Assembly: GCF_013149785.1 (NCBI RefSeq)
Contig: NZ_JABEZU010000002.1
Coordinates: 868,001 to 932,000, forward strand
Direction of reading: 5' to 3'
Source of the DNA: Isoptericola halotolerans
GTDB lineage: Bacteria; Actinomycetota; Actinomycetes; Actinomycetales; Cellulomonadaceae
Length of the DNA: 64,000 bases
Below the pieces are notes generated by a model. It was not told the DNA's origin, did not search any database, and worked only from the letters and a program-made list of their open reading frames with translations. Each line of letters opens with the position of its first letter. The stretch's first letter is position 1. Shown piece by piece: positions 45,723 to 58,253 of this stretch. Position numbers and translations under genes: made by a program.

Positions 45723-47878
45723 GTGAGCCTGGCGCGCAGGAACGTCCAGGCCAGCGCCGTCATGTAGGCGGCCTGCGCGTTGTTGGCCGCGCCGCCGTGG
45801 CCGCCCTCGATGTTCTCGTAGTAGGTGACGTCCTTGCCGGCGGCGAGCATCTTCGCGGCCATCTTGCGGGCGTGGCCCGGGTGGACGCGGTCGTCCTTGG
45901 TCGAGGTCGTGAACAGCACCGGCGGGTAGTCCTGGTCGGCGTCGAACAGGTGGTACGGCGAGAACGTCTGCAGGAACTCCCAGTCCTCGGGGACGTCGGG
46001 GTCGCCGTACTCGGCGACCCAGGAGGCACCGGCGAGAAGGTGGGAGTACCGCTGCATGTCGAGCAGCGGCACCTGGATCACCACGGCGCCGAACAGGTCG
46101 GGGTACCGGGTCAGCATGTTGCCGGCGAGCAGCCCGCCGTTGGAGCCGCCCTGGACGCCGAGGTGGTCCGGGGCGGTGATCCCACGCGCCACCAGGTCGC
46201 GGGCGACGGCGGCGAGGTCCTCGTACGCCCGGTGCCGGTTCTCACGCCGTGCGGCCTGGTGCCAGCGCGGCCCGTACTCGCCGCCCCCGCGGATGTTCGC
46301 CACGACGCGCACGCCCCCGTGGGCGAGCCAGGCGCGGCCGGCCGTCCCGGAGTAGCCGGGCAGCAACGGGATCTCGAACCCGCCGTAGGCGTACAGCAGC
46401 GTCGGGGCGGTGCCCGGCGTCGTGGGGTCGGCCGGCCGGACGAGGTCGCCGCGACCCACCACGAAGTACGGCACCCGGGTGCCGTCGTCGGACGTCGCGA
46501 AGTGCTGCTCGACCACCATCTCGCTCGCGTCGAAGAAGGTCGGGGAGGACTTCAGGGGCTCGGGGTCGGCGGCGTCGCGCCCGGGGCCGACGACGGTGGT
46601 GAGCGCGAGGGTGGCCGGCTCCAGGAAGCCGCTGCTCGTGACCCACACGTCGTCGCTGTCCACGGGCGAGACGGCGCGGACGCCGACGGTCAGCAGCTCG
46701 CCCCCGACGGGCAGCGACGATCGTGACCACGGCGCGCCGGGGTCGTCGCCGGCCGCGAGGTCGGGAGGGGTGAGCACGTGCAGCGCGCTCTTGACGTCGT
46801 CGAGGACGTTGACGACCAGGTGGTGGCGCGTCCAGGTCGCCCCGACGAGCGACGTCGAGGCCGAGGGCTCGAACAGCACGGTGAGGTCGCGCGACCCGGC
46901 GACGTACGCGTCCACGGGTGCGGCCAGCAGCGAGCCGCCCGCGTAGCGGCGGTCGGCCACCGTCCAGTCCTCGCGCAGCTCGACCAGCAGCCACTCGCGG
47001 TGGAGACCGACCTCGGCGGAGTCCGGGACGTCGAGGAGGACGAGCTCCTGGTCGGGCTTCCCCACGTGGTGCACCAGGTACGTCTCGGAGCGGTAGAACT
47101 CGATCGCCCGCTCCACGACGTCGCGCTCGAAACCTGGCGTACGGGACCGGCGTCCCATGATGTACATGTCGTCGTCGGAACCCTCGTAGACCACCGTCGC
47201 CTGGTCCAGGGTGTCCCCGCGGCGCCAGAGCTTGACGATCCGGGGGTATCCCGACGCCGTCATGGTGCCCGGCCCGAGGTCGGTGTACACGTAGACCGTG
47301 TCCTCGTCCGCCCAGGAGAGACCGCCCTTGGCCAGCGGGCGCGCGAAGCCGCCCTCCTCGACCGGCACGAACCGCTGGTCGACCAGGTCGAACTCCCGGG
47401 TGACGTCCGCGTCCGAGCCCCCGGGCGACAGGTCCACCAGCGCGCGACGCCAGGGCTCTCCCGCAGCGAGCTGGTCCGGTGTCGGCCGGAGCACGGACGC
47501 ACCGTGCCAGACCCACGACTCGCCCTCCGCGGCCGCGAGCGCGTCCAGGTCGAGCACCGTCTCCCAGCGGGGCTCCTCGGTGCGGTACTCCGCGAGGGTC
47601 GTGCGTCGCCACACCCCGCGCTCATGGTCGCCGTCGCGCCAGAAGTTGTAGAGGTGGTCGCCGATCCGGGAGACCTCGGGGATGCGGTCGTCGGAGTCGA
47701 GCACCTCGAGCACGGAGTCGCGCGTCCGGTCGAGCTGCGGGCCGCCGAGACCGGCGTGGCAGTGCTCGTTGCGGGCCCGCACCCACGCCAGGGCCTCGTC
47801 GCCGGTCACCTCCTCGAGCCAGCGGTACGGGTCGGCGACGGCCGTCGCGTCGGTCCGGAGCAAGGGGTCGGCACTCAT
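45719..47878 (-). CDS. Prolyl oligopeptidase (S9A)
   Basis: DPYRWLE, YGGF, NIRGGGEYG, GGSNGG (Ser), DDRVHP (Asp), GGHG (His). Confidence 0.95.
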   Translation of the reverse strand: MSADPLLRTDATAVADPYRWLEEVTGDEALAWVRARNEHCHAGLGGPQLDRTRDSVLEVLDSDDRIPEVSRIGDHLYNFWRDGDHERGVWRRTTLAEYRTEEPRWETVLDLDALAAAEGESWVWHGASVLRPTPDQLAAGEPWRRALVDLSPGGSDADVTREFDLVDQRFVPVEEGGFARPLAKGGLSWADEDTVYVYTDLGPGTMTASGYPRIVKLWRRGDTLDQATVVYEGSDDDMYIMGRRSRTPGFERDVVERAIEFYRSETYLVHHVGKPDQELVLLDVPDSAEVGLHREWLLVELREDWTVADRRYAGGSLLAAPVDAYVAGSRDLTVLFEPSASTSLVGATWTRHHLVVNVLDDVKSALHVLTPPDLAAGDDPGAPWSRSSLPVGGELLTVGVRAVSPVDSDDVWVTSSGFLEPATLALTTVVGPGRDAADPEPLKSSPTFFDASEMVVEQHFATSDDGTRVPYFVVGRGDLVRPADPTTPGTAPTLLYAYGGFEIPLLPGYSGTAGRAWLAHGGVRVVANIRGGGEYGPRWHQAARRENRHRAYEDLAAVARDLVARGITAPDHLGVQGGSNGGLLAGNMLTRYPDLFGAVVIQVPLLDMQRYSHLLAGASWVAEYGDPDVPEDWEFLQTFSPYHLFDADQDYPPVLFTTSTKDDRVHPGHARKMAAKMLAAGKDVTYYENIEGGHGGAANNAQAAYMTALAWTFLRARLT

Positions 47879-48093
47879 GGCTGGGACCCTAACCCGCTGG
47901 TCCGACACCCCGTGCGCACGACGCCCGGGCCGGGGCGCTGCTCTTTCACCCTCGGCAGCGCTGTGGTAGAAACTCCTGGTCAGGGCTTCGTTGCCCGCTT
48001 TCAGGCCTTCCCACGGGTTCGCGGAGAAAAGTCGTTGCCGGGCGATCTGGTGCGCGACGCCGCGGGACCCGACCTCACACCGACGGAGGTGCG

Positions 48094-49494
48094 GTGAGCA
48101 CGACGAACCCGACCCGACCCGGTGCGACCGGGCGTGTGCTGCCGTGGGTCCTCGTCGCGGCCATGGTGCTGTGCGTCGCGGCCCTCCCGCTCGTCGACCC
48201 GTCGGTCGCCTCGTGGTCGCTGTGGGTGCTCGGTGGGGCGGCGGTGGTCCTGCCGGTCAGCGCGGCCGTGATGCTCTCCCGCGCCGCGCGCCGCGAGGAC
48301 ACCGCCTTCCGCGCCCTGCTCGCCGAGCGCGACGGGCTGGCCACGAGCCTCCACCAGACGGCCCAGGCGTTGCAGGGGACGACGGCGGCGCTGACGGCCG
48401 AGCAGGAGGCGAGAGCCGACCAGCGGGCGGCCGTCGAGACCGCCGTCGTCTCGCTGAGCCGCAAGGTCCAGTCGTCCGCGCACCGCATCCAGGAGGAGGC
48501 GGCACGCATGGTCCAGCGGCACGCCACCGACCCGGACGTCCTGCAGACCTCGATGCGCATCGACCATGCCGCAGCGCAGCACGCCCGGCAGGCGCAGAGC
48601 CTCGTCGCCCTGTGCGGGAGGCGTCCCGGTCAGACCTGGGAGGACGCCCTGCCCCTGCCGGACGTGGTGAAGGCCGCCGCCGGTCGGATCACCGCGTTCC
48701 ACCGCGTCGAGGTCTCCGGCGACCCCGGGCTGGCCGTCACCGCCCGCGCCGTCGAACCGCTCGTGCACGTCGTGGCCGAGCTCCTCGCCAACGCCACGCA
48801 GAGCTCGCCGCCGAACACCCAGGTCCTCGTCGTGATCCGCCAGGTGCAGCGTGGCGCGGTCCTCGAGATCGACGACTGCGGGGTCGGCATGGACCCGCGG
48901 GAGCTCTCCAGGGTCCGCGCGGTCGCCGCCGGCGAGCACCCCGTCGGGATCGCCGACCTCGGCGAGGTTCCCCAGACCGGCCTGGCCGTGGTCGGGACCT
49001 ACGCCCGGTTCCTCGGGCTGCGGGTCGACCTCACCGAGTCGGTGTACGGAGGGCTGCGCGCCGTGGTGATGGTCCCCGGGGACCTGACCGAGGTCGCGGC
49101 GACCGCACCGGACGTCCTGGCGCCCAGCGTCGACGAGGCGTGGGCGGCCGACGCGGGGCCCGCGTCGTCGACCCCGCGGCAGCCCGCCCGGGGTCGGTCG
49201 GAGTCCGGTACGGGTCCGGGCAGGAGTGCCGAGCCGTCGGCTCCCGGGGCCGCGGCAGCACCTCCGGCGCTGCCTCAGCGCCGCTCCCGTCGAGCGGCGA
49301 TGGACCGTGCGCCCACCTCGGGGAGCGGTCTGCCCCAGGTGGTGCCGCCGGACACCGACCCGATGTCGGACCAGACCGCGCAAGAGGCGGGAGCCTGGAT
49401 CGGCGCCTTCTTCGCCGCGACGGCCGACGCACCGCAGGACGACCCTGATACCCACCCGTCCGTCGTGACGGACGGGACCTCGGAGGACAGATGA
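48094..49494 (+). CDS. cvnA: Conservon CvnA-type membrane histidine-kinase-like ATPase
   Basis: Two N-terminal TM helices, coiled coil, RIDH..AQ..R.AQSL, ELLANAT..SP, IDDCGVGM, GL.VVG, LPQRR tail. Confidence 0.85.
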   Translation: MSTTNPTRPGATGRVLPWVLVAAMVLCVAALPLVDPSVASWSLWVLGGAAVVLPVSAAVMLSRAARREDTAFRALLAERDGLATSLHQTAQALQGTTAALTAEQEARADQRAAVETAVVSLSRKVQSSAHRIQEEAARMVQRHATDPDVLQTSMRIDHAAAQHARQAQSLVALCGRRPGQTWEDALPLPDVVKAAAGRITAFHRVEVSGDPGLAVTARAVEPLVHVVAELLANATQSSPPNTQVLVVIRQVQRGAVLEIDDCGVGMDPRELSRVRAVAAGEHPVGIADLGEVPQTGLAVVGTYARFLGLRVDLTESVYGGLRAVVMVPGDLTEVAATAPDVLAPSVDEAWAADAGPASSTPRQPARGRSESGTGPGRSAEPSAPGAAAAPPALPQRRSRRAAMDRAPTSGSGLPQVVPPDTDPMSDQTAQEAGAWIGAFFAATADAPQDDPDTHPSVVTDGTSEDR

Positions 49495-49907
49495 CCACCC
49501 AGACGACCGGAGCGACACCCGGGACCGAAGACCCCGACAGCTGGATGCTGGACCTCGTCTCTGGGGTGCGCGGCGTGCAGCATGCCGTCGTCCTCAGCTC
49601 GGACGGGCTGGTGAGGGTCCGGACGGACGACACCGACCCGGACACGGCCGACAAGGTCGCAGCGGCCTGCGCGGGCCTCGTCGCCCTCGGGATGAGCATG
49701 GGCCGCGAGTTCGGGGCCGGTGACCGTCTGCGCCAGGTGGTCGTGGAGTTCGACGGTGGGTTCCTCTTCGTGCGGGGCGCCGGCGACGGTTCTCGCCTCG
49801 CGGTCGTCACCGACGCGACCGTGGACCCGGGGCTCGTCGCCCAGCAGATGCAGGCACAGGTGCTCATGATCGGCGAGCACACGCTCGGTACGGACGCGGT
49901 CAGCTGA
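49491..49907 (+). CDS. cvnB: Conservon CvnB roadblock/LC7 protein
   Basis: W.LD.V..V.GVQHAVVLSSDGL, QVVVEFDGGFLFV..AG.GSRLAV. Confidence 0.9.
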   Translation: MTTQTTGATPGTEDPDSWMLDLVSGVRGVQHAVVLSSDGLVRVRTDDTDPDTADKVAAACAGLVALGMSMGREFGAGDRLRQVVVEFDGGFLFVRGAGDGSRLAVVTDATVDPGLVAQQMQAQVLMIGEHTLGTDAVS

Positions 49908-49918
49908 GGGATGGTGCC

Positions 49919-50272
49919 ATGCGCTCGGACGGATATCGCGACCACCCGGTACGTTCCTACGTCCTGACCGGCGGTCGGGCGCACCCGACCCGCAACACGC
50001 TCAGGCCGGAGACGCTGCTGCGTGCCGTCGACGACGGCCGCGAGCTCCCGGCGTCAGCGGGTCGGCACGAGCGCACGCTCGTGCGGACCTGTCGGGGCAC
50101 CCTGGCCCTCGCCGAGCTGGCGGCGCACGTCCACCTGCCGGTGAGCCTGGTCGCGGTGCTGGTCTCCGACCTGGTCGACGGTGGATACCTGGCCGTGCTG
50201 TCGACCCCGGCCCACGACCTGCCCGCGAAGGATCTGCTGGAGGAGGTGCTCGATGGGCTCCGCCGCCTCTGA
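49919..50272 (+). CDS. cvnC: Conservon CvnC DUF742 protein
   Basis: VRSYVLTGGR, AELAAHVHLPVSLVAVLVSDL, LLEEVLDGLRRL. Confidence 0.9.
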   Translation: MRSDGYRDHPVRSYVLTGGRAHPTRNTLRPETLLRAVDDGRELPASAGRHERTLVRTCRGTLALAELAAHVHLPVSLVAVLVSDLVDGGYLAVLSTPAHDLPAKDLLEEVLDGLRRL

Positions 50273-50855
50273 GCCCGGCACGGCACGGCACCTGGCCCCG
50301 ACCGTCGACAGGTCGGTCAAGGTCCTGGTGGTCGGCGCGTTCGGCGTCGGCAAGACGACGCTCATCCGTGCGGTGAGCGAGATCCCCATGCTCAGCACGG
50401 AGGAGTCGATCACGACGGCCAGCGTGGGCGTGGACCCACGCCGGGGCGAGAAGCGGACGACGACGGTCGCGATGGACTTCGGCCGTGTCACCGTCGGCTC
50501 GAGCACGGCGCTGTACCTGTTCGGCACCCCCGGTCAGCGCCGGTTCTGGGACCTGTGGTCCGGGCTGGCGGACGGCGCGGTCGGGGCCCTGGTGATGGTC
50601 GACACCCGCGACCTCGCCCAGAGCTTCGAGGTCCTCGACCAGCTCGAGGAGCACACCCGGTTGCCGATCACGGTGGTCGTCAACGAGTTCCCGGACTCGC
50701 CGCGGCACGGTGTCGACGAGGTGCGCGCGGCGCTCGACCTGCCCGCCGGCACCCCTGTCGTCGCCGGTGACGTCCGGGGGCGCACGGGGGCGGTCGAGGC
50801 GCTCACGACGCTCGTCGCCCACGCGTTGCAGCGGGCCGAGGGCGTCGCCGCATGA
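50253..50855 (+). CDS. cvnD: Conservon CvnD small Ras-like GTPase
   Basis: GAFGVGKTT, TTTVAMDFG, LYLFGTPGQRRF..W, VNEF. Confidence 0.92.
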   Translation: MGSAASEPGTARHLAPTVDRSVKVLVVGAFGVGKTTLIRAVSEIPMLSTEESITTASVGVDPRRGEKRTTTVAMDFGRVTVGSSTALYLFGTPGQRRFWDLWSGLADGAVGALVMVDTRDLAQSFEVLDQLEEHTRLPITVVVNEFPDSPRHGVDEVRAALDLPAGTPVVAGDVRGRTGAVEALTTLVAHALQRAEGVAA

Positions 50856-52081
50856 GCGTCACCGCCGCCGGCCGTGTGGTGCGGCTGGAGGAGGTGGCGG
50901 ACCGGCCGCTGCTCGCCGACCTGGCCGGGCGGGCGGACGCCCGTCAGGGCTACGCAGACCTGCGGTCCCGCTGGGGTGCCGTCGCACCGGTGGACCTGGA
51001 GCCGGGAGTCCCGGCCTGGCTCGTCCTCGGCTACGACGAGGTCAGCACCGTCCTGCGCAACGAGGTGCTGTTCTCCCGCGACTCCCGGGACTGGCGGTAC
51101 GAGGCCGAGCGGCTCGTGGCCTGGCGCTCCCCGGCACGTGCTGTCCTGGCCCAGACGGACACCGCCCACGACCGCGACGGCGCGGAGCACCGTCGTCTGC
51201 GTGCCCCGCTGGCCGACGCGCTGGCCGGCATCGACCACAAGCGGCTCACGCGGACGGTCGCCGTGGCGTGCACGTCGACACTGGACCGCCTCGCCGCCCG
51301 GGGGAGCGCCGACCTCGTGGCGGACTACGCGGTGGACGTCCCTGTCCGGGTCCTGGCCGACCTGCTCGGCATGACGCTCGCTGACGCCCGGCGACTGCGC
51401 GAGCTCACCGTCGCCCGACGGTCGGGGACGGAGGCCGCCTACCCTGCGCTCGCCGAGACCGAGAACCTGCTCGCCACGTTCGTGGCCGGGCGACGGGCCG
51501 AACCGGGCGACGACCTGACGTCGCAGCTGCTGGCTCACCCGCAGCACCATCACGACCTGGAGGTGATGGGCGCCGTCGGGCTGCTCTTCCGGACGGCCCA
51601 CGACGCGGAGATCTCCTGGATCGCCACGGCGCTGCGCCGCCTGCTGGTGGACCCGGGTTTCGCGGCGACGGTGCACGGTGGGCGGTTGTCGATCGATGCC
51701 GCCCTGGACGAGATCGCGCGTGACACGCCGCCGGTGCCGCACCTGATGCCGCGGTACGCGCTGGAGAACTGCGACCTCGGTGGGCAACCGATCGCTGCCG
51801 GGGACGCCGTCGTCCCCGCTGTCGCCGCCGCCAACGCGGACGGCGCGGTCCAGGCGGCCGACCCGTGGGAAGAGGTCGACGCGCGGTTCCACCTGACCTG
51901 GGGGGTCGGTGCGCACGCCTGTCCGGCGCACCGGACCGCCCCGTTGCTCACCCGGCTCGTCGTCGGACACGTCCTCGGTCGCCTGGCCGACCTAGAGCTC
52001 ATGGTCCCGCCCGAGGACATCACGCCCGTCCGGTCGGCGTGGACGTGCTATCCCCGAGAGCTACCGGTCCGGTTCCGCTGA
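50852..52081 (+). CDS. Conservon-associated cytochrome P450
   Basis: PAWLVLGY, DGAEHRRLR, EIAR (ExxR), heme motif HLTWGVGAHACPA. Confidence 0.9.
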   Translation: MSVTAAGRVVRLEEVADRPLLADLAGRADARQGYADLRSRWGAVAPVDLEPGVPAWLVLGYDEVSTVLRNEVLFSRDSRDWRYEAERLVAWRSPARAVLAQTDTAHDRDGAEHRRLRAPLADALAGIDHKRLTRTVAVACTSTLDRLAARGSADLVADYAVDVPVRVLADLLGMTLADARRLRELTVARRSGTEAAYPALAETENLLATFVAGRRAEPGDDLTSQLLAHPQHHHDLEVMGAVGLLFRTAHDAEISWIATALRRLLVDPGFAATVHGGRLSIDAALDEIARDTPPVPHLMPRYALENCDLGGQPIAAGDAVVPAVAAANADGAVQAADPWEEVDARFHLTWGVGAHACPAHRTAPLLTRLVVGHVLGRLADLELMVPPEDITPVRSAWTCYPRELPVRFR

Positions 52082-52123
52082 GCGACCGGCCCGGGAGTCC
52101 GTGCTCCCGGGCCGGTCGCTCAG
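52078..52123. terminator. Bidirectional hairpin containing both convergent stop codons
   Basis: Perfect 20-bp stem CTGAGCGACCGGCCCGGGAG / CTCCCGGGCCGGTCGCTCAG. Confidence 0.85.
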
Positions 52124-53607
52124 GCGGTGACGCGGGTCCGCAACCGGCCCGCGACCCGGCGGTACGCCGTCGGGTCGACAGGCAGCAGCCACTGCTTCAC
52201 CCGGGCAGGACCTGAGAGGTTGAGGTCCAGGTCGTCCAGCAGCTCGTCGACCTGGTGCAACGAGAACGGGATGATGTTGGTGCCCCGGGCGTGCTTGCCC
52301 TCGGTCCGCTTCTCCATCCAGTCCACGCGGTCGGCGACGTGCTCGCGTCGCACCTCGACCGGGGGGAGGTCCAGAGCGCCGGCCAGGTGGGCGGCGGTCC
52401 ACACGGCGGCCATCTCGGCCGACAGCGGGCTGAACAGCGAGGAGTTGTAGCCGGCGAACGTCAGGTGCGGGACGTCGTGCGGGAGTATCTGACGGTAGAG
52501 CTGGAAGTTGCCCCGGTCGTCGAGCAGCCGGTCGGTGACCTCCTGGTCCAGGAACGGCACCCGCTGGTGGAACCCGGTGCCGCACACGACCAGGTCGGCG
52601 CGCACCATCCTGCCGTTGCTGAGCACCGCCGCCGGGGCGCCGTCGTCGTCGGTGGTGAAGCGCTCGACCTCGGTGTCGCGGTGCACGGTGATGGCGCCGT
52701 CGGCGACCTGGTCGTAGAGGGCGTCGGACGCCAGCGAGACGGTGGAACGGGCGATGTCCTCGAACTCGCCACGAGGGACGAGGCCGAGCTCCTTGAGCCG
52801 GAGCTGCTTCGTGGTGACCGCGGCCACGGAGGAGAGCATGGACTTGCGCACGGCGTTGCCCGGGCCGTGGAGGAACTTCTCCACCCCTGCGAGGTCCTGG
52901 TAGCGGAAGAGGGCCTCGCCCAGCCGCGTGAGCAGCAGGTACTTCATGTTCACGGCGTTGCCGAGCTTCTTGGGGACCTTCCACAGCAGCTTGCGGGCCA
53001 CCAGGTGGGTGTCGGCGGCGACCGGGCCGATCTCCGCGGCGACGTCGCAGGCCGACTTGCCGTAGCCGACGACGACGACGTTCTTGCCGCGGGCGTCCTC
53101 CACCGAGCCGAGCTGGCTCGCGGCCACGACCTTCCCGCCGGCGCGCAGGAGCTGCGCGAGCCCCTCGAACGCGGGGATCACCGGGTCCGAGAAGATGCCG
53201 TTGGCGACGACGACGTGGTCGAACCGCTCCGGGTCACCGACCGCCTCCCCGGAGTGCCGGGACGTCACGAGCCAGCCGTCCTCGGCGTCGGTGAGCTCGG
53301 CGCGCACGACCTCGGTGGACAGCCGCAGCGCCTCGGACAGGCCGTGTGCCTCGACGTACTGCTCGAGGTAGGCCTGGACCTGCTCGCCGCTCGGCCACTC
53401 CGGGTAGTGCTTCGGCATCGGCAGGTCGGAGAACGAGTAGGAGCCCTTGTTGTTCTGCGTGTACAGACCCGTGTACCGGCGGGTGGCGCTCCAGACGCCT
53501 CCGACGTCGGGGGCCTTGTCGAACACGGCGACCTGGTGGCCGAACTCGGTCAGGACCTTGGCGCTGGCCAGACCGGCGAATCCGGCGCCGACGACGGCGA
53601 TCTTCAT
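52120..53607 (-). CDS. Flavin-containing monooxygenase (class B)
   Basis: MKIAVVGAGFAG, GGVW, second Rossmann VVVGYGKSACD, VVCGTGF; GGAC/AAGG RBS upstream. Confidence 0.9.
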   Translation of the reverse strand: MKIAVVGAGFAGLASAKVLTEFGHQVAVFDKAPDVGGVWSATRRYTGLYTQNNKGSYSFSDLPMPKHYPEWPSGEQVQAYLEQYVEAHGLSEALRLSTEVVRAELTDAEDGWLVTSRHSGEAVGDPERFDHVVVANGIFSDPVIPAFEGLAQLLRAGGKVVAASQLGSVEDARGKNVVVVGYGKSACDVAAEIGPVAADTHLVARKLLWKVPKKLGNAVNMKYLLLTRLGEALFRYQDLAGVEKFLHGPGNAVRKSMLSSVAAVTTKQLRLKELGLVPRGEFEDIARSTVSLASDALYDQVADGAITVHRDTEVERFTTDDDGAPAAVLSNGRMVRADLVVCGTGFHQRVPFLDQEVTDRLLDDRGNFQLYRQILPHDVPHLTFAGYNSSLFSPLSAEMAAVWTAAHLAGALDLPPVEVRREHVADRVDWMEKRTEGKHARGTNIIPFSLHQVDELLDDLDLNLSGPARVKQWLLPVDPTAYRRVAGRLRTRVTA

Positions 53608-53697
53608 GGAGGCGTCCTTGCTTTCGGTCGGTGCGGGCGATCGGATGGATCGTAGCGGTCCGGACACACCGGGCGATAGACCCCGAGAGCGGACTAA

Positions 53698-56247
<2,550 letters not shown>

Positions 56248-56259
56248 GGCGCCGCCGGA

Positions 56260-56937
56260 TCAGGGCGTCGAAGGCTCCCGCGCGGCCCAGAGGAGCCCTC
56301 GTTCGATCATCGTGCGGATCTGGGGGACCTGGAGGTCTTCGACGCCGTGCCCGATCGTGCAGGCAAACACCTTGCCGCGGCCCCAGCGCCGGGTCCACGC
56401 CACCGGGATCGTGACCGGCTCGTTCCACGGCGCGTCGGGGTGCACGGCGTGCGTGGTCGTGGCGAGCACGTCGCACAGCGCGTCGGTGTGGAGCCAGTAC
56501 TGCTCGGTGGTCAGGCGGATGCGCGGGCCGATCCCCTCGACCACCGGGTGGTCGGCGCGTTCGGGCCGGATGAGGATCTCGTGGTCGACCATGTCGCCCG
56601 GGTGCGCGACGAACTGACCACCCACGATGTGCTGGTAGTCGGTGGCGCCGCGGAAGGCGTCGAGCAGCCCACCGTGCCATCCGGCCAGGCCGGTGCCGTT
56701 CTCGACGGCGAGGCGCAGCCCGTGCATCTCGTCGGCGAGGATGTCGCCCATGGTCCAGCTCTGGACGATCAGGTCGGTGCGGGACATGACGGTCTCGTCG
56801 GCGTACACCTCGAGCGATTCCTCGACGGACACGTCGAACCCGGCGTCGTCCAGGAACGGGAGGAAGAGGTCCGTGGAGCCGACAGGGTCGTGTCCCTGCC
56901 AGCCTCCGCGGACCACGAGGGCCCTACGCTTGCTCAC
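56260..56937 (-). CDS. ThuA-like domain protein
   Basis: LVVRGGWQGHDP, GLAGWHGG, GGQFVAHP, EQYW, WGRGKVF.CTIGH; GTG overlaps ROK stop. Confidence 0.85.
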   Translation of the reverse strand: MSKRRALVVRGGWQGHDPVGSTDLFLPFLDDAGFDVSVEESLEVYADETVMSRTDLIVQSWTMGDILADEMHGLRLAVENGTGLAGWHGGLLDAFRGATDYQHIVGGQFVAHPGDMVDHEILIRPERADHPVVEGIGPRIRLTTEQYWLHTDALCDVLATTTHAVHPDAPWNEPVTIPVAWTRRWGRGKVFACTIGHGVEDLQVPQIRTMIERGLLWAAREPSTP

Positions 56938-58130
56938 TGGTCCTCCTTGACGGTGATGAGGGCGTCGATCGAGTGCGGTGCGAGGAAGCGGTCGGTGACC
57001 AGGGTGGCGGCGCCGACGACGCCGGCGTGGGCGCCGGCCTGCGAGGTGACGATGCGCAGGTGCTGGGTGGCCAGCGGCAGGGACCGCTGGTAGACGACCT
57101 CGCGGATGCCGGCCACGAGATGCTCGCCCGCCCCGGCCAGGACGCCACCGATGATGATGCGTGACGGGTTGAGCAGGCTCACCGACGCCGCCAGGACGGT
57201 GCCGATGTCCCGTCCGGCCTGGCGTACCGCCTGGCCGGCTGCGACGTCGCCGGTGCGGACCAGGTCGACGATGTCCTGGGTGGTCCGGATCCGGGCACCC
57301 CCCTCGCGCAGGGCGGAGGCGATCGCCAGCCCGCCGGCCACCGCCTCGAGGCAGCCGGTGTTGCCGCAGCGGCAGGGGGTGTCGGCGGCCCCGGACACGG
57401 CGACGTGCCCGAGGTCGCCGGCGGCCCCTTGCGCGCCTCGTCGTAGCTCGCCGTCCATCACGACCCCGGCCCCGATGCCGGTGGCGACCTTGACGAAGAG
57501 GAGGTTCTGCTCGTCGGGGCACACGGTGCGGTGCTCGCCGAGCGCCATGACGTTGACGTCGTTGTCGACGACGACGGGCGCACCCAGGAGCCGGTGCAAC
57601 GTGCCGGGCACGTCGGCGCCGTCCCACCCGGGCATGATCGGCGGGTTCACGGGCCGGCCGTCGGCGTGGTCGACGGGCCCGGGGAGACCGATGCCGATCC
57701 CGGCGAGCTCGTCGAGCTGCCGTCCCGCGTCGGTGACGAGCTTGGCACCGGTCTCGGCGACCCAGGACAGCACGTGGTCGGGACCGTCGGCGATGGCCAG
57801 CGGTTCCTGCGTCGAGGCGAGCGAGTTGGCGGCGAGGTCGGTGATGGCGAGACGCGCGTGCGTGGCCCCGAGGTCGACCCCGAGCACGATCCGGTTGGAC
57901 GGGTTGAACGCGAACGTCGACGGGGGCCGTCCGCCGGTGCTGGTTGCCTCGCCCGCCGGGACGAGCAGCCCGATCGCGGTCAGGGCGTCGATGCGTGCGG
58001 CGACGGTCGACCGGGACTGCCCGGTCTCGGCGACGAGCGAGGCGCGCGTGTGCGGGGTGCCGTCCCGGAACAGCTGGAACATCTCGCCGGCCCCGGTGGG
58101 ACGTGGCGGGAACTTCTGCAGCCCTTCCAT
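56934..58130 (-). CDS. ROK-family transcriptional regulator
   Basis: HTH TRASL...TGQSRSTV, STGGRPP, GVDLGAT, DNDVN, GAAGDLGH, CRCGNTGCLE. Confidence 0.93.
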   Translation of the reverse strand: MEGLQKFPPRPTGAGEMFQLFRDGTPHTRASLVAETGQSRSTVAARIDALTAIGLLVPAGEATSTGGRPPSTFAFNPSNRIVLGVDLGATHARLAITDLAANSLASTQEPLAIADGPDHVLSWVAETGAKLVTDAGRQLDELAGIGIGLPGPVDHADGRPVNPPIMPGWDGADVPGTLHRLLGAPVVVDNDVNVMALGEHRTVCPDEQNLLFVKVATGIGAGVVMDGELRRGAQGAAGDLGHVAVSGAADTPCRCGNTGCLEAVAGGLAIASALREGGARIRTTQDIVDLVRTGDVAAGQAVRQAGRDIGTVLAASVSLLNPSRIIIGGVLAGAGEHLVAGIREVVYQRSLPLATQHLRIVTSQAGAHAGVVGAATLVTDRFLAPHSIDALITVKEDQ

Positions 58131-58216
58131 GAGCACAGTGAACCACGCCCCTTTGCGGTGTGTGTTTTGGTCGCTCGGTGTCTATCACGAGCGGGTAACG
58201 ATCACAAAGTACCCGC

Positions 58217-58253
58217 ACTTTTGCTTGACGGCCAACATAAGTCCGTCTACGTT
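58217..58253 (+). promoter_or_regulatory. Promoter of the sugar ABC operon overlapped by a ROK-operator-like inverted repeat
   Basis: TTGACG-N17-TACGTT (58225-58253) ending 6 nt before ATG 58260; imperfect IR ACTTTTGCTTG...CAACATAAGT (58217-58242). Confidence 0.7.

Noticed and set aside
47879..48093. Possible ncRNA in the gap upstream of the conservon
   Set aside because: Somewhat AT-richer, but no convincing stem or known motif; adequately explained as divergent promoters
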